Part shown: positions 18,501 through 28,195 of the stretch, one piece after another | Position numbering within the stretch: the first letter of the stretch is position 1 | How the letters are laid out: each line of letters opens with the position of its first letter | Assembly (NCBI GenBank): GCA_044347345.1 | Contig: JBIKUX010000017.1 | Location: 1-60,139 of the forward strand | Origin: Bdellovibrionota bacterium | GTDB lineage: Bacteria; Bdellovibrionota_C; UBA2361; JBIKUX01 | Reading direction: 5' to 3' | Length of the DNA stretch: 60,139 nucleotides | Position numbers and translations under genes: made by a program | The notes under the pieces: model-generated | The model's database searches: none | What the model was told of the DNA's origin: nothing | What the model saw: only the letters and a program-made list of their open reading frames with translations

Positions 18501-21112
18501 TCTCGGTCAATCGGGCAAAATACCGGATAATTTGACCGTGTAATAATAGGGATGCAAGCATCAAAGATGCGGTTTTGTGCGCCATGACGAGCCAAAATTC
18601 TACGAAAATTTTCAATACCATCAGTAAAAAGCTCACCCCAATCATCAGGTAATATTATTCCTATTCTTGGCAGGGTTCGATGAGATAAAAGTTTTCGAGA
18701 TTGGCGTTCTTGATTATCAGAGTCATGGAAATTTTCCAGCGAATAACTGCCGTGCTTATGCCATCGCGATATGTAAATGTGAAAGTTTGTATCTTCACTC
18801 TTTGTCCTACCAGGACTTTTTGATACGTGGTGGTAGATAGTGCTGTAGGGAGTATAAACGGTTCGTAATCCAGCTCGTTGTACTCGCAGGCATAGGTCAA
18901 TATCTTCGTAGCCGTTTATATATGAGGTATCAAATCCGCCAAGAATTAGGAAAAGTTCACGGCGTACCAAGAGGCATGCACCTGTAACTAATGGTGTTTC
19001 TCGGGGATACAGCGAGCGAAAGTCGTCTGGGTCACTATTTAGTAAGTGATGCTTAGGTACACCGTTAGGTAGGGTGAATAAGCCACAATGGTGAAGTAGC
19101 TTAGTGTCGGGAAATAGTTGCCTGTTTCCAACCATAGCAACGCTTGGATCTGCGAGCTCGGCAATTATGCCATCAAGCCATCCCGGGGTAAGGATAGTGT
19201 CGTTATTTAAAAATAGTACGAATGGGGTTGTAGCTGCGAGAGCTCCGCGGTTGCATGCACCAGCAAAATTTTCATTAGTATCATTAAGTATGACACGGGT
19301 ATCGTCTTTGAGCGTCTTAAGGTATTCCCGCGTTCCATCGGTTGATGCATTATCAACGAGAATCAACTCGTAATTATCCTGATTAGTGGTTTCCTTTAGA
19401 GACGAAAGCATCATTTTTGTGTACTCAAGTGCATTAAATAACGGCACTACTATTGATACTCGAAAAGGTGCTAGTTCTTTTTGACATCGATGTAAAGCAT
19501 CACTAAATTCTCCAGATATTTTGGCTTCTTCGTTAAGTTTTTGGGAGAAAATGTTAAGATGAGGAGATAGTTCTGGATAAAGAGAGCTCCAGTGATGAAG
19601 ATCTTTCGTCAATTTGAAAATATCCCCACCGCACAGGATTTTTGACGGATTGATAGGATTTCTGTTTGACTCACAAGTGTAGCCGTGAATGATACGGTGT
19701 AAAGCTTCTTCTAGTGCATTTTTAACTCTTTTTGGCCCATTTGGTTTGCTGATTGCCTCAGCATAAAACTCCTCCCAAACATGAAGCTCAGCCCAGCCAA
19801 AAGCCGCTAAGTCATCGTTTGTCATTGAGAGGCGTTCAGGATCAATCGAGTACTCAACTGTAGCCTCCTCCAAACAAGCAAATTGGTGCGTGCGGGAAAT
19901 CCTCCGCCATAGATCCCAATCTTCAAGTCGCTTTAGTCTCTCATTAAAGCGATTAGATGGTGATGAAGTCAGGCACTTATGATGGATAATACACGTGACC
20001 GGTATGTAGTTACGAAACAATAATTCGTCTTGGCAAAAGGGCGCTTCATATAGAACGTCACGCTTTAAGAGAATCTCATTTTGTTCCCACCTGCGTGCTC
20101 CAAATGAATACCCGACCTTTAACCCGCTCTGCTCTATGTGCTTTACAAGGTATTCTAGATGGCGAGGCCAAAATATGTCGTCATCATCGAGATAGGCAAT
20201 ATAGGTGCCTCTAGCATTTTGTATCCCTGTATTTCGAGCACCTGCTAACCCTTTATTGGTTTGATGGGTGATGAGTCTAACTCTAGGATCTTTATCAATG
20301 ATAGGAGTCGGAGGTGGCACACCTGCATCGTTTACAACTATGACCTCTACAGCGTTTAAAGTTTGATTGAGTACTGAATGAACAGCTCGTTTAAGTAGTT
20401 TCGGCCGGTTAAAAGTAGGGATAACAACTGAAACTAAGGGCGGCTCGCTCAGAATCCCTGTTTGAGGCGGTGGAATAAATGAGTGTCCTGAATTGACCGC
20501 TACTCTTTGTGCCATTGGCCAGAGGGGTCGAAGATAGCTAACGGAGGGTTGGCGGTTGAGGTAACGGGTGCCCGTGGCTTCAATCGCTCCTACGCCACTA
20601 AGGTTCCGGTCGGGTAGAAGCGACAATAGGGTGGCAGATAGGTAGATACAGGCGTCAGTCAGAAATGGCGGAAGCGAATGAGGATGAGCATTTACATAAT
20701 GTGACACAATCCATTGGGTGTCTAAAATTGAGGCTTGCTCTTCCTTGATGGGAGCAAGAGAGCTAAGAGGCCAAGTCGGTTGAAGCAAAGTGAGACCAAA
20801 AAGCGTAGCTTGCGCTCTAAGAGTAGAACAAAAGGTTTCAAGGTCTGGATCGAAATTTGGAGTGATTCCAGGATTAAGAAGAAGTACAAAAGGAGTTTTG
20901 GATAAAAATGACTTAAGTGAAACTATATGATCTTGTTTAATAGAGCTTGAAAAGGAAAGTAACTTATTGTTTTCATGAGAATAATTTGGTAGGTCATAAT
21001 CTCTTAGGACACCCACCGAATACCCTTCTTCTGCCCACTTGCCTGGTACCCTTTCTGTCCAAATAGAAGGTCGCTCAGCTAGAACTAAGAGCGATATCTG
21101 GGTCCACGGCAT
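15554..21112 (-). CDS. Giant multi-domain glycosyltransferase (GT2 + GT2 + degenerate middle region + GT4)
   Basis: First GT2: VSVVIPTFNR, YLDDDD, EDWDLW. Second GT2: VSIVVPLFN, FLNNDT, GYEDIDLCLR. C-terminal GT4: RKGWDILL, LPSRGEGIGLTYLEAMACGLP. Confidence 0.88.
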   Translation of the reverse strand: MPWTQISLLVLAERPSIWTERVPGKWAEEGYSVGVLRDYDLPNYSHENNKLLSFSSSIKQDHIVSLKSFLSKTPFVLLLNPGITPNFDPDLETFCSTLRAQATLFGLTLLQPTWPLSSLAPIKEEQASILDTQWIVSHYVNAHPHSLPPFLTDACIYLSATLLSLLPDRNLSGVGAIEATGTRYLNRQPSVSYLRPLWPMAQRVAVNSGHSFIPPPQTGILSEPPLVSVVIPTFNRPKLLKRAVHSVLNQTLNAVEVIVVNDAGVPPPTPIIDKDPRVRLITHQTNKGLAGARNTGIQNARGTYIAYLDDDDIFWPRHLEYLVKHIEQSGLKVGYSFGARRWEQNEILLKRDVLYEAPFCQDELLFRNYIPVTCIIHHKCLTSSPSNRFNERLKRLEDWDLWRRISRTHQFACLEEATVEYSIDPERLSMTNDDLAAFGWAELHVWEEFYAEAISKPNGPKRVKNALEEALHRIIHGYTCESNRNPINPSKILCGGDIFKLTKDLHHWSSLYPELSPHLNIFSQKLNEEAKISGEFSDALHRCQKELAPFRVSIVVPLFNALEYTKMMLSSLKETTNQDNYELILVDNASTDGTREYLKTLKDDTRVILNDTNENFAGACNRGALAATTPFVLFLNNDTILTPGWLDGIIAELADPSVAMVGNRQLFPDTKLLHHCGLFTLPNGVPKHHLLNSDPDDFRSLYPRETPLVTGACLLVRRELFLILGGFDTSYINGYEDIDLCLRVQRAGLRTVYTPYSTIYHHVSKSPGRTKSEDTNFHIYISRWHKHGSYSLENFHDSDNQERQSRKLLSHRTLPRIGIILPDDWGELFTDGIENFRRILARHGAQNRIFDACIPIITRSNYPVFCPIDRDITRLVTNTTSENQKEIDEWCDKWDVSLVIAWDDHALPSKKVPIITPSFALSETLTYEIHASELTSLSTTINSNLTLIIAESAQHLLEYFPDDPDYAKHSDNRPALVLSFRLNPDLASLQTINIKCSEIWGSPPIIVGSFTHYRALSHLILHANQIICSFPEQSAYRVGLKNLAKTLNRPISFKPSSISYKQFNNLEVEPLVTTLAQQVEAHLNDNLSPQLHNQEGIDLNNKDLVADSPFGVTFAILLPHNLSQNQALDDLLKSIRESCSTNYEILVLGGSSTLDSKKECIDYYEQGSQAARMPHIIFISGGITAIEPNFIGELAKYSDQQSIPHVWVPSIKNPDKSRFLDWFAIVDNNIKVLLDYSDTYPSFSLAPQIFGIHSNLAKNINWSSLSPSISKETLEGLIKLAKEKSWHVAPLPNCVALQSDDSYSQNGRSVIKDNKESGSSCLTIYNLEVTGGSYSSEHNVVSLTTPITVTVPANIRDVNQLLNFIIRRPISDTSTEKRVVRVTLENNISHELKLDQPGISLKLSLQISPSYKSEQLHVNEMVSLVPTRTDAQNSPIELIFSPLEKLATSQDLSSQTSSRVVWHSNIFDFGECASLARNIVTQLAIYQIPFNISPSNYNETYIDSLNGSDPDKYKWLSERCQRTGAVNRTNAINHSQKGIGIIFDTPTKPNNGECFTQFQAKHPHLNYFIGFTKFEADRIPDTWVKECNAMDEVWTTSTFCRTVFINSGVKADKIHVVPVGVDTSHFNPKGQKLLPESKNFRFLSIFTWNNRKGWDILLRSFIQEFSRNETVELIIRSEPDIFKAPELNKRINHFLAEYNQTWDKAPQITLLENYIPDTDIPSLYRSCNAYVLPSRGEGIGLTYLEAMACGLPIIATRWGAPLDFLSDKNALLIEVERLVNIDVHHTLEHFHFSRDMMWAEPSYLDLAKKMRSLFTDKKLTIELGDWARRTVEHHHQIAFTGAWIEKKLRSLI

Positions 21113-21247
21113 ACGAAATAGACTCCCACTTCAGTTACTTTTTCTCCCTCTTAGAGATGAAAAATAATTGAAAAGTAATTCAAAACTTTACCTCACTTCG
21201 GTGGAGTACAGGATTTAAAGACTGATTGATCTCTAAAAATTTTCACC

Positions 21248-21275
21248 TTGACCGCTATGGAGAGCATCCTATAGT
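21248..21275 (+). promoter_or_regulatory. Putative sigma70 promoter of the dcw operon
   Basis: TTGACC (21248-53), 16-bp spacer, TATAGT (21270-75), immediately upstream of the MraZ boxes. Confidence 0.55.
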
Positions 21276-21283
21276 GTAGCGAG

Positions 21284-21308
21284 GTGGGAAGGAGTGGGAT
21301 AAAGTGGG
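21284..21308 (+). promoter_or_regulatory. MraZ-binding boxes (3 x GTGGG, 10-bp period)
   Basis: GTGGG at 21284, 21294 and 21304 upstream of mraZ, matching the known MraZ operator architecture. Confidence 0.88.
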
Positions 21309-21332
21309 AAAGTTGGTGAGTCATACGATGAT

Positions 21333-21866
21333 ATGAAGGACCAGATTACAACTGAAGTTCGGCGTGCCAACACTCAAACGGTGCATGTGAAGGAGCAACC
21401 AAGCCCTCATTACGCCTTTAGAGGGAGTTTTACTCATTCGCTCGACTCGAAAGGTAGGGTAAGTTTGCCGTCTGAATTTCGGCGCGTTTTGTCTGATTCA
21501 GGGAGTAGTCGAGTTATTGTCACCAACAACATATCCCAAGGAGCTCGGTGTCTTGAGGGCTATGGTGAGTTGGCTTGGCAAGAGTTTGAAGAGCGATTGA
21601 GAGGTAAAAGTCGTTTTGATCCAACTCTTCAAAAACTTGAAAATTATTTTCTAAGCCGAGCTTCAGAGTGTCCGATTGATTCGGCTGGAAGAATAATGAT
21701 TCCGCCACATCTCAGGATGTATGCAGGTTTTGATCGTGAGGTAACTTTTACTTCTTCGATTCACGGATTCAGAATTTGGGATAAGAGAATATGGGATCAC
21801 ATTTTTGATAGTGCAGAGGCACTATTAATGGAAGACCCAGCAATTTTTGCTGTTCTAGATGTTTAA
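21333..21866 (+). CDS. mraZ: Division/cell-wall cluster transcriptional repressor MraZ
   Basis: FRGSFTHSLDSKGRVSLPSEFR and IDSAGRIMIPPHLR (two AbrB-like repeats). Confidence 0.95.
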   Translation: MKDQITTEVRRANTQTVHVKEQPSPHYAFRGSFTHSLDSKGRVSLPSEFRRVLSDSGSSRVIVTNNISQGARCLEGYGELAWQEFEERLRGKSRFDPTLQKLENYFLSRASECPIDSAGRIMIPPHLRMYAGFDREVTFTSSIHGFRIWDKRIWDHIFDSAEALLMEDPAIFAVLDV

Positions 21867-22833
21867 AGAGAATTCCCAGCATATTCCCGTTTTGTTTGAT
21901 GAAGTGATGCAGTTATTTGCTAAACGCAGTCCGGGTATTTTTCTTGATTGTACATTTGGCGGTGGAGGACATAGTCGGGGAATATTACAGTTAAATTCGC
22001 AGAATATAGTAATTGCTTCTGATAGAGATTCTCTGGCTGTAGCACGAAGCCGTTCTTATTGCGAAGAAGAGAGATTAGCTGAGAGGCTTACTGTTATGGA
22101 AAGCTGCTTCTCTGAATTACAAAATTGTATGGTAGAAAATTCTTCACTGTTCAAAAATTCTAAGGAGAGACCTTTTAATGGGATTCTCGCTGACTTGGGT
22201 GTCTCCACAGACCAGCTTCGTGGAGATAGAGGATTCTCTTTTTATGATGATGGTCCCTTGGATATGCGGATGACTCCAAGTGAAAGTACAATTTCGGCTG
22301 CCGATATAGTTAATAAGACATCTTTTAAGGCTCTTTATGCGCTTCTTAGAGAAGGAGGAGTAGGTAAAGAAGCCCGACTTGTAGCTAACGCTATAATGCA
22401 TTGTCGGCCAATGCAGTCAACAAAGGAGTTAGTAGATTGCATTGCGTCAGTAAGTGGTGGTAGCAGGTCTAGCGATGGTAAACATCCAGCAACGGTTGTT
22501 TTTCAGGCGCTTCGAATAGCAGTGAACAATGAATTTAGTGAGATTGATGCTCTGCTTGATCTTATTCCAAAAATAGCGGCACCAGGAGCTCTCGTCGCAG
22601 TTATCTCTTTTCATTCACTCGAAGATGCTCGTGTTGCGAAACGTTTTAGGCAGTGGGGGCAAGGAGATACTACGCCAGCTAACTGGCGTGGTTCAGTAAA
22701 AGATAGATCTCAGGCATGCCTAGGAATTTTGCACACAAAGACTGCAATAGTGCCGACAGAGATTGAAATAAAGCAAAATGCAGCCTCGCGAAGTGCTCGA
22801 ATGAGAGTGTTTGAATTTTATACTGAAAATTAA
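21859..22833 (+). CDS. rsmH: 16S rRNA m4C1402 methyltransferase
   Basis: HIPVL, DCTFGGGGHS, DLGVS, PLDMRM, FQALRIAVNNE, ISFHSLED, RSARMR. Confidence 0.96.
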   Translation: MFKENSQHIPVLFDEVMQLFAKRSPGIFLDCTFGGGGHSRGILQLNSQNIVIASDRDSLAVARSRSYCEEERLAERLTVMESCFSELQNCMVENSSLFKNSKERPFNGILADLGVSTDQLRGDRGFSFYDDGPLDMRMTPSESTISAADIVNKTSFKALYALLREGGVGKEARLVANAIMHCRPMQSTKELVDCIASVSGGSRSSDGKHPATVVFQALRIAVNNEFSEIDALLDLIPKIAAPGALVAVISFHSLEDARVAKRFRQWGQGDTTPANWRGSVKDRSQACLGILHTKTAIVPTEIEIKQNAASRSARMRVFEFYTEN

Positions 22834-22874
22834 GAGAGACAAAAATTTTTATTAATTTTTTAAATGAGGGTTAA

Positions 22875-23192
22875 ATGGCACTAAGTCTTGAATACGATAC
22901 GGCGATGCTTCCAACACAGTTATCAAGCTTTAAGATTTCAACTCGTGTGCAACTTGGCGCTGGTTTGCTTTTAATAGCAGCACTACTTGTAAAGGTTTGG
23001 TTGCGAATCGAAATAACAGATTATGGCTATGAGCTAGCAAGACAACGTCAACAAATGATTGAATTAGATAGAGCAGAGCGATCGCTGCATTTTGATCTTA
23101 GTTCTTTAACTAAACGTGATAACCTTGAGTCATTAGCACGTCCATTAGGACTAAGACCCACAGAGCCAAGTCAAGTATGGAAAGTTTCCTGA
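22875..23192 (+). CDS. ftsL: Cell division protein FtsL
   Basis: Single TM plus coiled coil ending LARPLGL. Lies between rsmH and ftsI. Confidence 0.8.
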   Translation: MALSLEYDTAMLPTQLSSFKISTRVQLGAGLLLIAALLVKVWLRIEITDYGYELARQRQQMIELDRAERSLHFDLSSLTKRDNLESLARPLGLRPTEPSQVWKVS

Positions 23193-23263
23193 AAAATACT
23201 TGAGCTTAAATTTATTAATTCGTAACTCCTTATATTTCTACCCGTACAAATTGAGATAATCAG

Positions 23264-25138
23264 ATGGTAGAGAGATCATCTTGGAAGTCCGCAAAAAGAG
23301 TCTCTTACGGTGTTAGCTATAGCACTCAAGCCCTTTGTGCTGGGCTTCGTAAACAGCGAGCTAAGTTAATATTCTTGTGCGGGATGGTTTGGGTTTTTGT
23401 AGTTGTTTTGCGATTGGGGACGCTACAATTTGCTAAAGTTGCTGTTTGGGAGGAGTGGGCTGCTAAGCAACATCGAACGAAGATAACAATGGCATCAGTG
23501 CGAGGATCCATTGAAGATAGAAACGGGCAACCATTGGCAATCTCAATCCCCAGTGGGTCAGTTTACGCTCATCCCCGTCAAATTACTAATCCACTTGAGG
23601 TAGCACAGAGAGTAGCTCCATTACTTTCCGTTGATTCAAGTACTATTTATCAGAAGTTAATAACAAAAAAATCCTTTGTATGGTTGCAGCGACAAGGTTC
23701 ACTTGAAGCCGCTGGAAGGGTTGCCGCACTTAACATGAAAGGACTCGGTTTCTTTCATGAATCAAAAAGAGTTTATCCCCGTGGCTCTTCTGGTAGCACA
23801 GTAGTTGGCAAAGTAGGTATCGATGGAGAGGGTCTTTCGGGGCTGGAGCTAAAATATGATACTCAGCTCAAAATAAAGGGAGATATCGTCCCGGTTTACC
23901 GAGATGCTATGGGTAATCTTATTCAGGATTCCGGGGTGTCTGGTGCACCTATAGCTGTTCCGCGGGGTAAAAGTCTTGCTCTTACAGTTGATGCTGACCT
24001 TCAAGATATTCTTCAGGATGAGTTAGTCAAGGGGCGTGAATTTGCTCAAGCAAAGGCTGCTTACGGTGTTTTGATTAATGCTCGCTCAGGTGAAATTTTA
24101 GCTATGTCTCAGGCACCTAGCGCTGATTTTAATCAGGATGGTGCAGTAAAATCTGATTCTAGTGTTTTGAAGAACTGGTCTGCTGAAACTGTTCTTGAGC
24201 CTGGTTCAATTATGAAACCACTCGTGGCGGCTGCTGCAATTGAAGAGGGATTTATCGAAGCACAAGAGATGGTTGATTGTGAAGGGGGACGGTATCGTGT
24301 AGGCCGACATACAATAAAGGATGTTCATCCGATTTCCCTGGTACCTTTTTATGAAGTTGTGGTTCGGTCCTCAAATATCGGTATGACTAAGGTTGGCGAA
24401 AGAATGGGTAAGGAGCTTTTATACCGTTATTTAAAGTTATTTGGATTTGGTGAACCCTCAGGTTTAGGTTTTCCCGGTGAAAGCGCAGGTATATTACGAC
24501 ACATGTCAAAGTGGGCAACAGTAGATGTTGCTACTCATTCATTTGGTCAGGGTATTGCTGTCACTCCGCTTCAGATGGTTCGTGCTGTAGCTACCGTAGC
24601 AAACGGAGGAATATACCAACCTCTTTCTCTCATTAAAGGTGAAGTTAAGCACGGAGTACGGCGAGTGCTTTCTAGTCAGACTGCACAAATCGCCAAAGAG
24701 ATGATGTACGGAGTGGTGGAGCATCCCCGTGGAACCGGAAAGAAAGCCGCAATAGAAGGTGTCAGAGTTGGTGGAAAGACTGGTACTGCTCAAAAAGCTC
24801 GTTTAGGGGGGCGGGGATATGCATCTGGTAAATATATCGCTTCTTTTGTGGGCTTTGTGGATGCCAGTAGTCTCGGCATAGATGAGCTACTGACCTTAGT
24901 CATTAGCGTGGATGAACCAACTTCAAGTTCAATATATGGTGGTGTATTGGCAGCTCCAGTATTTCAAAGGGTAATGGGGCGATCTTTGAGTACTCTTGTT
25001 ACTCGTCGAGAACTTTCTATGAGCAATCGTGAATCAAGTGAATCTAAGGAATCGTCCCCTGAGAATCCCCCCTTTCAACATCAAGTAAATCTTAGAACTG
25101 TAGAAAAGGCTGAATTTTCCTCGGCCAAAAATCTTTAA
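23264..25138 (+). CDS. ftsI: Penicillin-binding protein 3 (division transpeptidase)
   Basis: RGSIEDRNG, GLSGLE, EPGSIMKP (SxxK), SSNIG (SxN), GKTGTAQK (KTG). Confidence 0.94.
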   Translation: MVERSSWKSAKRVSYGVSYSTQALCAGLRKQRAKLIFLCGMVWVFVVVLRLGTLQFAKVAVWEEWAAKQHRTKITMASVRGSIEDRNGQPLAISIPSGSVYAHPRQITNPLEVAQRVAPLLSVDSSTIYQKLITKKSFVWLQRQGSLEAAGRVAALNMKGLGFFHESKRVYPRGSSGSTVVGKVGIDGEGLSGLELKYDTQLKIKGDIVPVYRDAMGNLIQDSGVSGAPIAVPRGKSLALTVDADLQDILQDELVKGREFAQAKAAYGVLINARSGEILAMSQAPSADFNQDGAVKSDSSVLKNWSAETVLEPGSIMKPLVAAAAIEEGFIEAQEMVDCEGGRYRVGRHTIKDVHPISLVPFYEVVVRSSNIGMTKVGERMGKELLYRYLKLFGFGEPSGLGFPGESAGILRHMSKWATVDVATHSFGQGIAVTPLQMVRAVATVANGGIYQPLSLIKGEVKHGVRRVLSSQTAQIAKEMMYGVVEHPRGTGKKAAIEGVRVGGKTGTAQKARLGGRGYASGKYIASFVGFVDASSLGIDELLTLVISVDEPTSSSIYGGVLAAPVFQRVMGRSLSTLVTRRELSMSNRESSESKESSPENPPFQHQVNLRTVEKAEFSSAKNL

Positions 25139-25213
25139 AAGATTTGTTTGATATCTTTTTTTAAGATAGATCTAAAAAAGAAGAAAGGAATACATTTTAC
25201 AAATTGTTTTAGA

Positions 25214-26740
25214 ATGAGCTTATCCTCAAATTTCTCAGCCTCGTTGGATGAACTTTCTTGTTTATTGCAACGTTACGGCATACAAGTGCGCTTAGATGGA
25301 GATGGCTCTAAAAAAGTAACGGATGTAGCTGCTGATAGTAGAAGAGTCACTTCTGGCGCAATATTTGTTGCTGTTCCGGGAAGTGTCGCGTCTGGCAGTG
25401 AATTTATTTGGCAAGCAAAAGAACGCGGGGCAGTAGCTGTTGTTGTTAAAGATAATGAAAATTCGCACGGGCTTGCGGCTATCCGCACTAATGAGCCCCG
25501 TAAAGCGTTAGCTTATTTATCGGTTTTTCGGTACTCAAATCAAGACCGTAACTTAAAAATAGGTGCAGTAACTGGAACTAACGGTAAATCAACCACCGCT
25601 TGGATTGCACACTCTCTTCTAACATCTCTAGGTTATCACACTTTACTTATTGGTACCTTAGGGGTGTACAACGGGATACAAAAATTAGAAGAATCCGCAT
25701 TAACAACACCCGATTCATTAACTGTTCAGAGATTAATAGCAGAACATCATGAGAGGGGTGGCACTCACATTATACTCGAAGCGTCTTCTCACGCGCTTGA
25801 TCAATTTAGGCTAGATGGGATTAATTTCTCAGCGGTAGGTTTTACCAATCTAACTCGTGATCATGCTGATTACCACCCTACCATGGAGGATTATTATCAA
25901 GCTAAGAAAAGATTATTTGAGCTTGCCGATCAGTCTAAAACCCCCTCCGTACATGGTATCATAGTTTATGATGCTCCTTACGGAAGTCGCTTGGCTTGTG
26001 AGTTTGAAGGAAGACTTTCTTTGACCACCATTTCTTGCGCAAAGAATGCCATGCATGGCGTGTCGGGGGTTAAAATGCAGTACCATATAGGTGGCAATGG
26101 TAAGGTAATAATGACCTTTGAAGGTGAAAGTTATGAACTTGAGTCTCCTTTTCTTGGCGATTTTAATGCGGCCAATTTATTAACTGCCTTGGGTATTTGT
26201 AGGGGGCTTGGTGCTGATATTTCTGAACTAGTCCGACACGTTAGTTTGTTACCTCAGGTGCCAGGTAGGCTTGAGAAATTTCAATCAGAGGAAAACATTA
26301 CGGTATTTGTGGATTACGCTCACACTCCAGACGCTCTTGAGAGAGTTTTAAGTACCCTACGTAAGTTAGCATCTGGGTCATTAGTGGTTGTGTTTGGTTG
26401 TGGAGGAGGACGTGATTTGGGTAAGCGTCCACTAATGGGAGAAATAGCCACACGACTGGCTGATAGGGTAGTGGTAACTAGTGATAATCCGCGTAATGAG
26501 CATCCAGAGCAGATTATTAATCAAATTTTATCCGGTATATCTGCCGAGGCTTTAGGTCGTGTTGAAATTGATCCAGATAGGCAGAAAGCTATTGAAACTG
26601 CTATAAGGTTATTACGGTCAGATGATATCCTCGTGGTAGCTGGTAAAGGTCATGAAGACTATCAAATTATCGGAGAAAAAAAAATTCACTTCTCAGACCA
26701 GGAGATTGTGCAGGCTGCGCTTAATTTAAAGAAACATTAG
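25214..26740 (+). CDS. murE: UDP-MurNAc-tripeptide synthetase (meso-DAP type)
   Basis: VTGTNGKST, TTPD, EASSH, TNLTRDH, DYAHTPDAL, SDNPR, AGKGHEDYQ. Alternative TTG start at 25148. Confidence 0.95.
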   Translation: MSLSSNFSASLDELSCLLQRYGIQVRLDGDGSKKVTDVAADSRRVTSGAIFVAVPGSVASGSEFIWQAKERGAVAVVVKDNENSHGLAAIRTNEPRKALAYLSVFRYSNQDRNLKIGAVTGTNGKSTTAWIAHSLLTSLGYHTLLIGTLGVYNGIQKLEESALTTPDSLTVQRLIAEHHERGGTHIILEASSHALDQFRLDGINFSAVGFTNLTRDHADYHPTMEDYYQAKKRLFELADQSKTPSVHGIIVYDAPYGSRLACEFEGRLSLTTISCAKNAMHGVSGVKMQYHIGGNGKVIMTFEGESYELESPFLGDFNAANLLTALGICRGLGADISELVRHVSLLPQVPGRLEKFQSEENITVFVDYAHTPDALERVLSTLRKLASGSLVVVFGCGGGRDLGKRPLMGEIATRLADRVVVTSDNPRNEHPEQIINQILSGISAEALGRVEIDPDRQKAIETAIRLLRSDDILVVAGKGHEDYQIIGEKKIHFSDQEIVQAALNLKKH

Positions 26741-26742
26741 TT

Positions 26743-28182
26743 ATGATTTATACCTCCGTTAATAGGCTACTTGAGGGTGTTTCAAGAGTCCGTCGATTTC
26801 GAGAAAAGCAAGATTTAGGCGCGGCTGATAATGTAACATTCGCGGGTATAGCTTTTGACTCTCGTGTAGTTAGGGGTGGAGAACTTTTCATTGCACTTAA
26901 GGGAGACACTGACGACGGCCATAGATTTGTAGCTGACGCACTTAATCGTGGTGCGGCTCTAGCTTTAGTTGAGCGAGAGGTGCCTGAAATTGATCCGAGA
27001 TCACTTTTATTTGCAGATAACTCGTTAAAGGCCTTTCAGGATATTGCAAGTTGGTGGCGTCTTTGTTGTGGTACGCCGATTGTCGCGATAACTGGTTCCG
27101 TAGGCAAAACTACAATTAAAGAGATGACTGCTAGAATTCTGCTGGAAACCAGTATTGGAGTTTATTCTCAGAAGTCCTTTAATAATCACGTCGGTGTTCC
27201 TTATACCTTATGTCACCTGCGACCAGAGCACAGATGGGCTGTAGTAGAAATGGGTATGAATCACGCCGGAGAAATTCGAACGTTAACTAATATGACTCGG
27301 CCAAATAGTGCATTAATTGCCAAGATTGCTCCAGCTCATATTGAAAATTTTGGTACTCTTGAAGGTATAGCCAGAGCTAAATTAGAGATATTAGAGGGGC
27401 TAGATTCAGTTACCGGAATAGCACTTCTTAATGGTTCAGACCGAGTTTTATTAGAGCAGTACGAAGCGGGTTTGATTAAGTTAAATTCGACTCGGTATTT
27501 TGGAGATTTAAGCTGTATTAATCCGAGTTTCGCTCGAGTAAGTAATGTGGAATCCCGCGGTTTACAGGGCATATCGTTTAATCTAACTGTTGCACCTCTT
27601 GGGGCAACAAGATGTATTCAAATGCCGGTGATTGGTGTACATAATGCTATGAATGCCGCCGCAGCAGTGACGGCTGCAATGAGTATTGCTCCCGATATAA
27701 ATTTTGATCAAATTCAAAAAGGACTAGAGGGTTACACTTCAGCAGTTATGCGTCTTGAGGTACATAACCTTGCTGACGGAAGTCAGGTAATTGATGATTC
27801 TTATAATGCTAATCCGTCATCTATGGCTGCTCTTATTCAGATAGCGCATGACCTCAAACAATCTGGGCAAAGAGTTGGCCTTGTTTTAGGTGACATGCTT
27901 GAGTTAGGTGATAGTGCGAGCCAAGCTCATCAAAGTTTAGGCAAAACAGTTTGTGACTTGAAGCCAACCTTTGTTATTGGTTGTGGTGACTACGGAGAGT
28001 TTATAGTTAAGGATAGCAAATCTAATGGAATTGATGTTTTCACGGCATCAAGTCACGAAGAAGCTGCTCGAGCTGCGCTTGAGCGTAATTGGGATGTATT
28101 ATTAATTAAGGCATCGCGCTCTGTAGGGCTTGACGAAGTAGTGAAAAAGATACTTTCTTCTAAGGGAGAACTAAACGGTTAA
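26743..28182 (+). CDS. murF: UDP-MurNAc-pentapeptide synthetase
   Basis: ITGSVGKTT, NNHVGVP, EMGMNHAGEI, DDSYNANP, GDMLELG, KASR. Confidence 0.96.
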   Translation: MIYTSVNRLLEGVSRVRRFREKQDLGAADNVTFAGIAFDSRVVRGGELFIALKGDTDDGHRFVADALNRGAALALVEREVPEIDPRSLLFADNSLKAFQDIASWWRLCCGTPIVAITGSVGKTTIKEMTARILLETSIGVYSQKSFNNHVGVPYTLCHLRPEHRWAVVEMGMNHAGEIRTLTNMTRPNSALIAKIAPAHIENFGTLEGIARAKLEILEGLDSVTGIALLNGSDRVLLEQYEAGLIKLNSTRYFGDLSCINPSFARVSNVESRGLQGISFNLTVAPLGATRCIQMPVIGVHNAMNAAAAVTAAMSIAPDINFDQIQKGLEGYTSAVMRLEVHNLADGSQVIDDSYNANPSSMAALIQIAHDLKQSGQRVGLVLGDMLELGDSASQAHQSLGKTVCDLKPTFVIGCGDYGEFIVKDSKSNGIDVFTASSHEEAARAALERNWDVLLIKASRSVGLDEVVKKILSSKGELNG

Positions 28183-28195
28183 AGGGAAATCTGCC

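Noticed and set aside
10344-21112. Possible integrative island at tRNA-Leu
   Set aside because: No integrase was found and no duplicate of the tRNA 3' end was seen. The region includes thyX, which is likely essential.
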